From IMG/VR virus record IMGVR_UViG_3300031707_000001, positions 1 to 64,000 of that record: a stretch of 64,000 nucleotides of DNA; one strand, written 5' to 3'. The position numbers were made by a program, and so were the translations under genes. Shown here in pieces: positions 63,875-64,000 of this stretch (position 1 is its first letter; each line of letters starts with the position of its first letter). The notes below the pieces were generated by a model. The model ran no database searches. It was not told where the DNA came from and saw only the letters and a program-made list of their open reading frames with translations.

Positions 63875-64000
63875 TTCTTAATTTCAGGTGCAAGTGCGTT
63901 ATAATACATGTAGGAAATAATACTCTCGCCGACCCGGCAGATGAAATCACAAATACAGCTGCCACGGTTTTCGGCAGAGCATCCTACAGAAGAACAGCCG

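Noticed and set aside
1-64000. Alternative genetic code (TAG/TGA recoding) as in some large phages
   Set aside because: Genes tile densely under code 11, TAG and TGA serve as coupled stops, and no suppressor anticodon was found.
1-64000. rRNA, integrase, structural or Ro60/TROVE genes
   Set aside because: No recognisable motifs in this window; they may lie elsewhere in the genome.

Overview
64-kb slice of a large (jumbo/huge-type) bacteriophage genome, standard genetic code, almost entirely + strand. Left third (1-20.2 kb): metabolic and DNA genes (L7/L12-like fusion, nucleotidyltransferase, HAD phosphatase, RuvC-like resolvase, glycosyltransferase, Gp88-like, DUF115-like, phosphoesterase). 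From 17.5 kb onward: a dispersed translation/RNA island interleaved with small hypothetical ORFs. It holds 28 complete tRNA genes covering all 20 amino acids, a tmRNA (tag (A)GNTLKLAA), RNA-repair enzymes (DRB0094-type RNA ligase, phosphoesterase, cyclic-phosphate receiver domain) and five tRNA-adjacent homing-type endonucleases, each with its own sigma70 promoter and an apparent leaderless start. The most unusual content is a set of tRNA mimics and structured ncRNAs: two tandem tRNAs carrying the same inserted RNA module, a circularly permuted (YrlA-like) tRNA fold next to a conserved protein and a hexamer-repeat RNA, a 310-nt tRNA/tmRNA-like RNA directly behind ssrA, an anticodon-less Ala tRNA, a double-pseudoknot RNA and a duplicated 103-nt RNA. 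Five tRNA genes have C instead of the near-invariant U33. All folds were derived by eye and protein families from recognised motifs; no searches were run, and hypothetical-ORF starts are best guesses.
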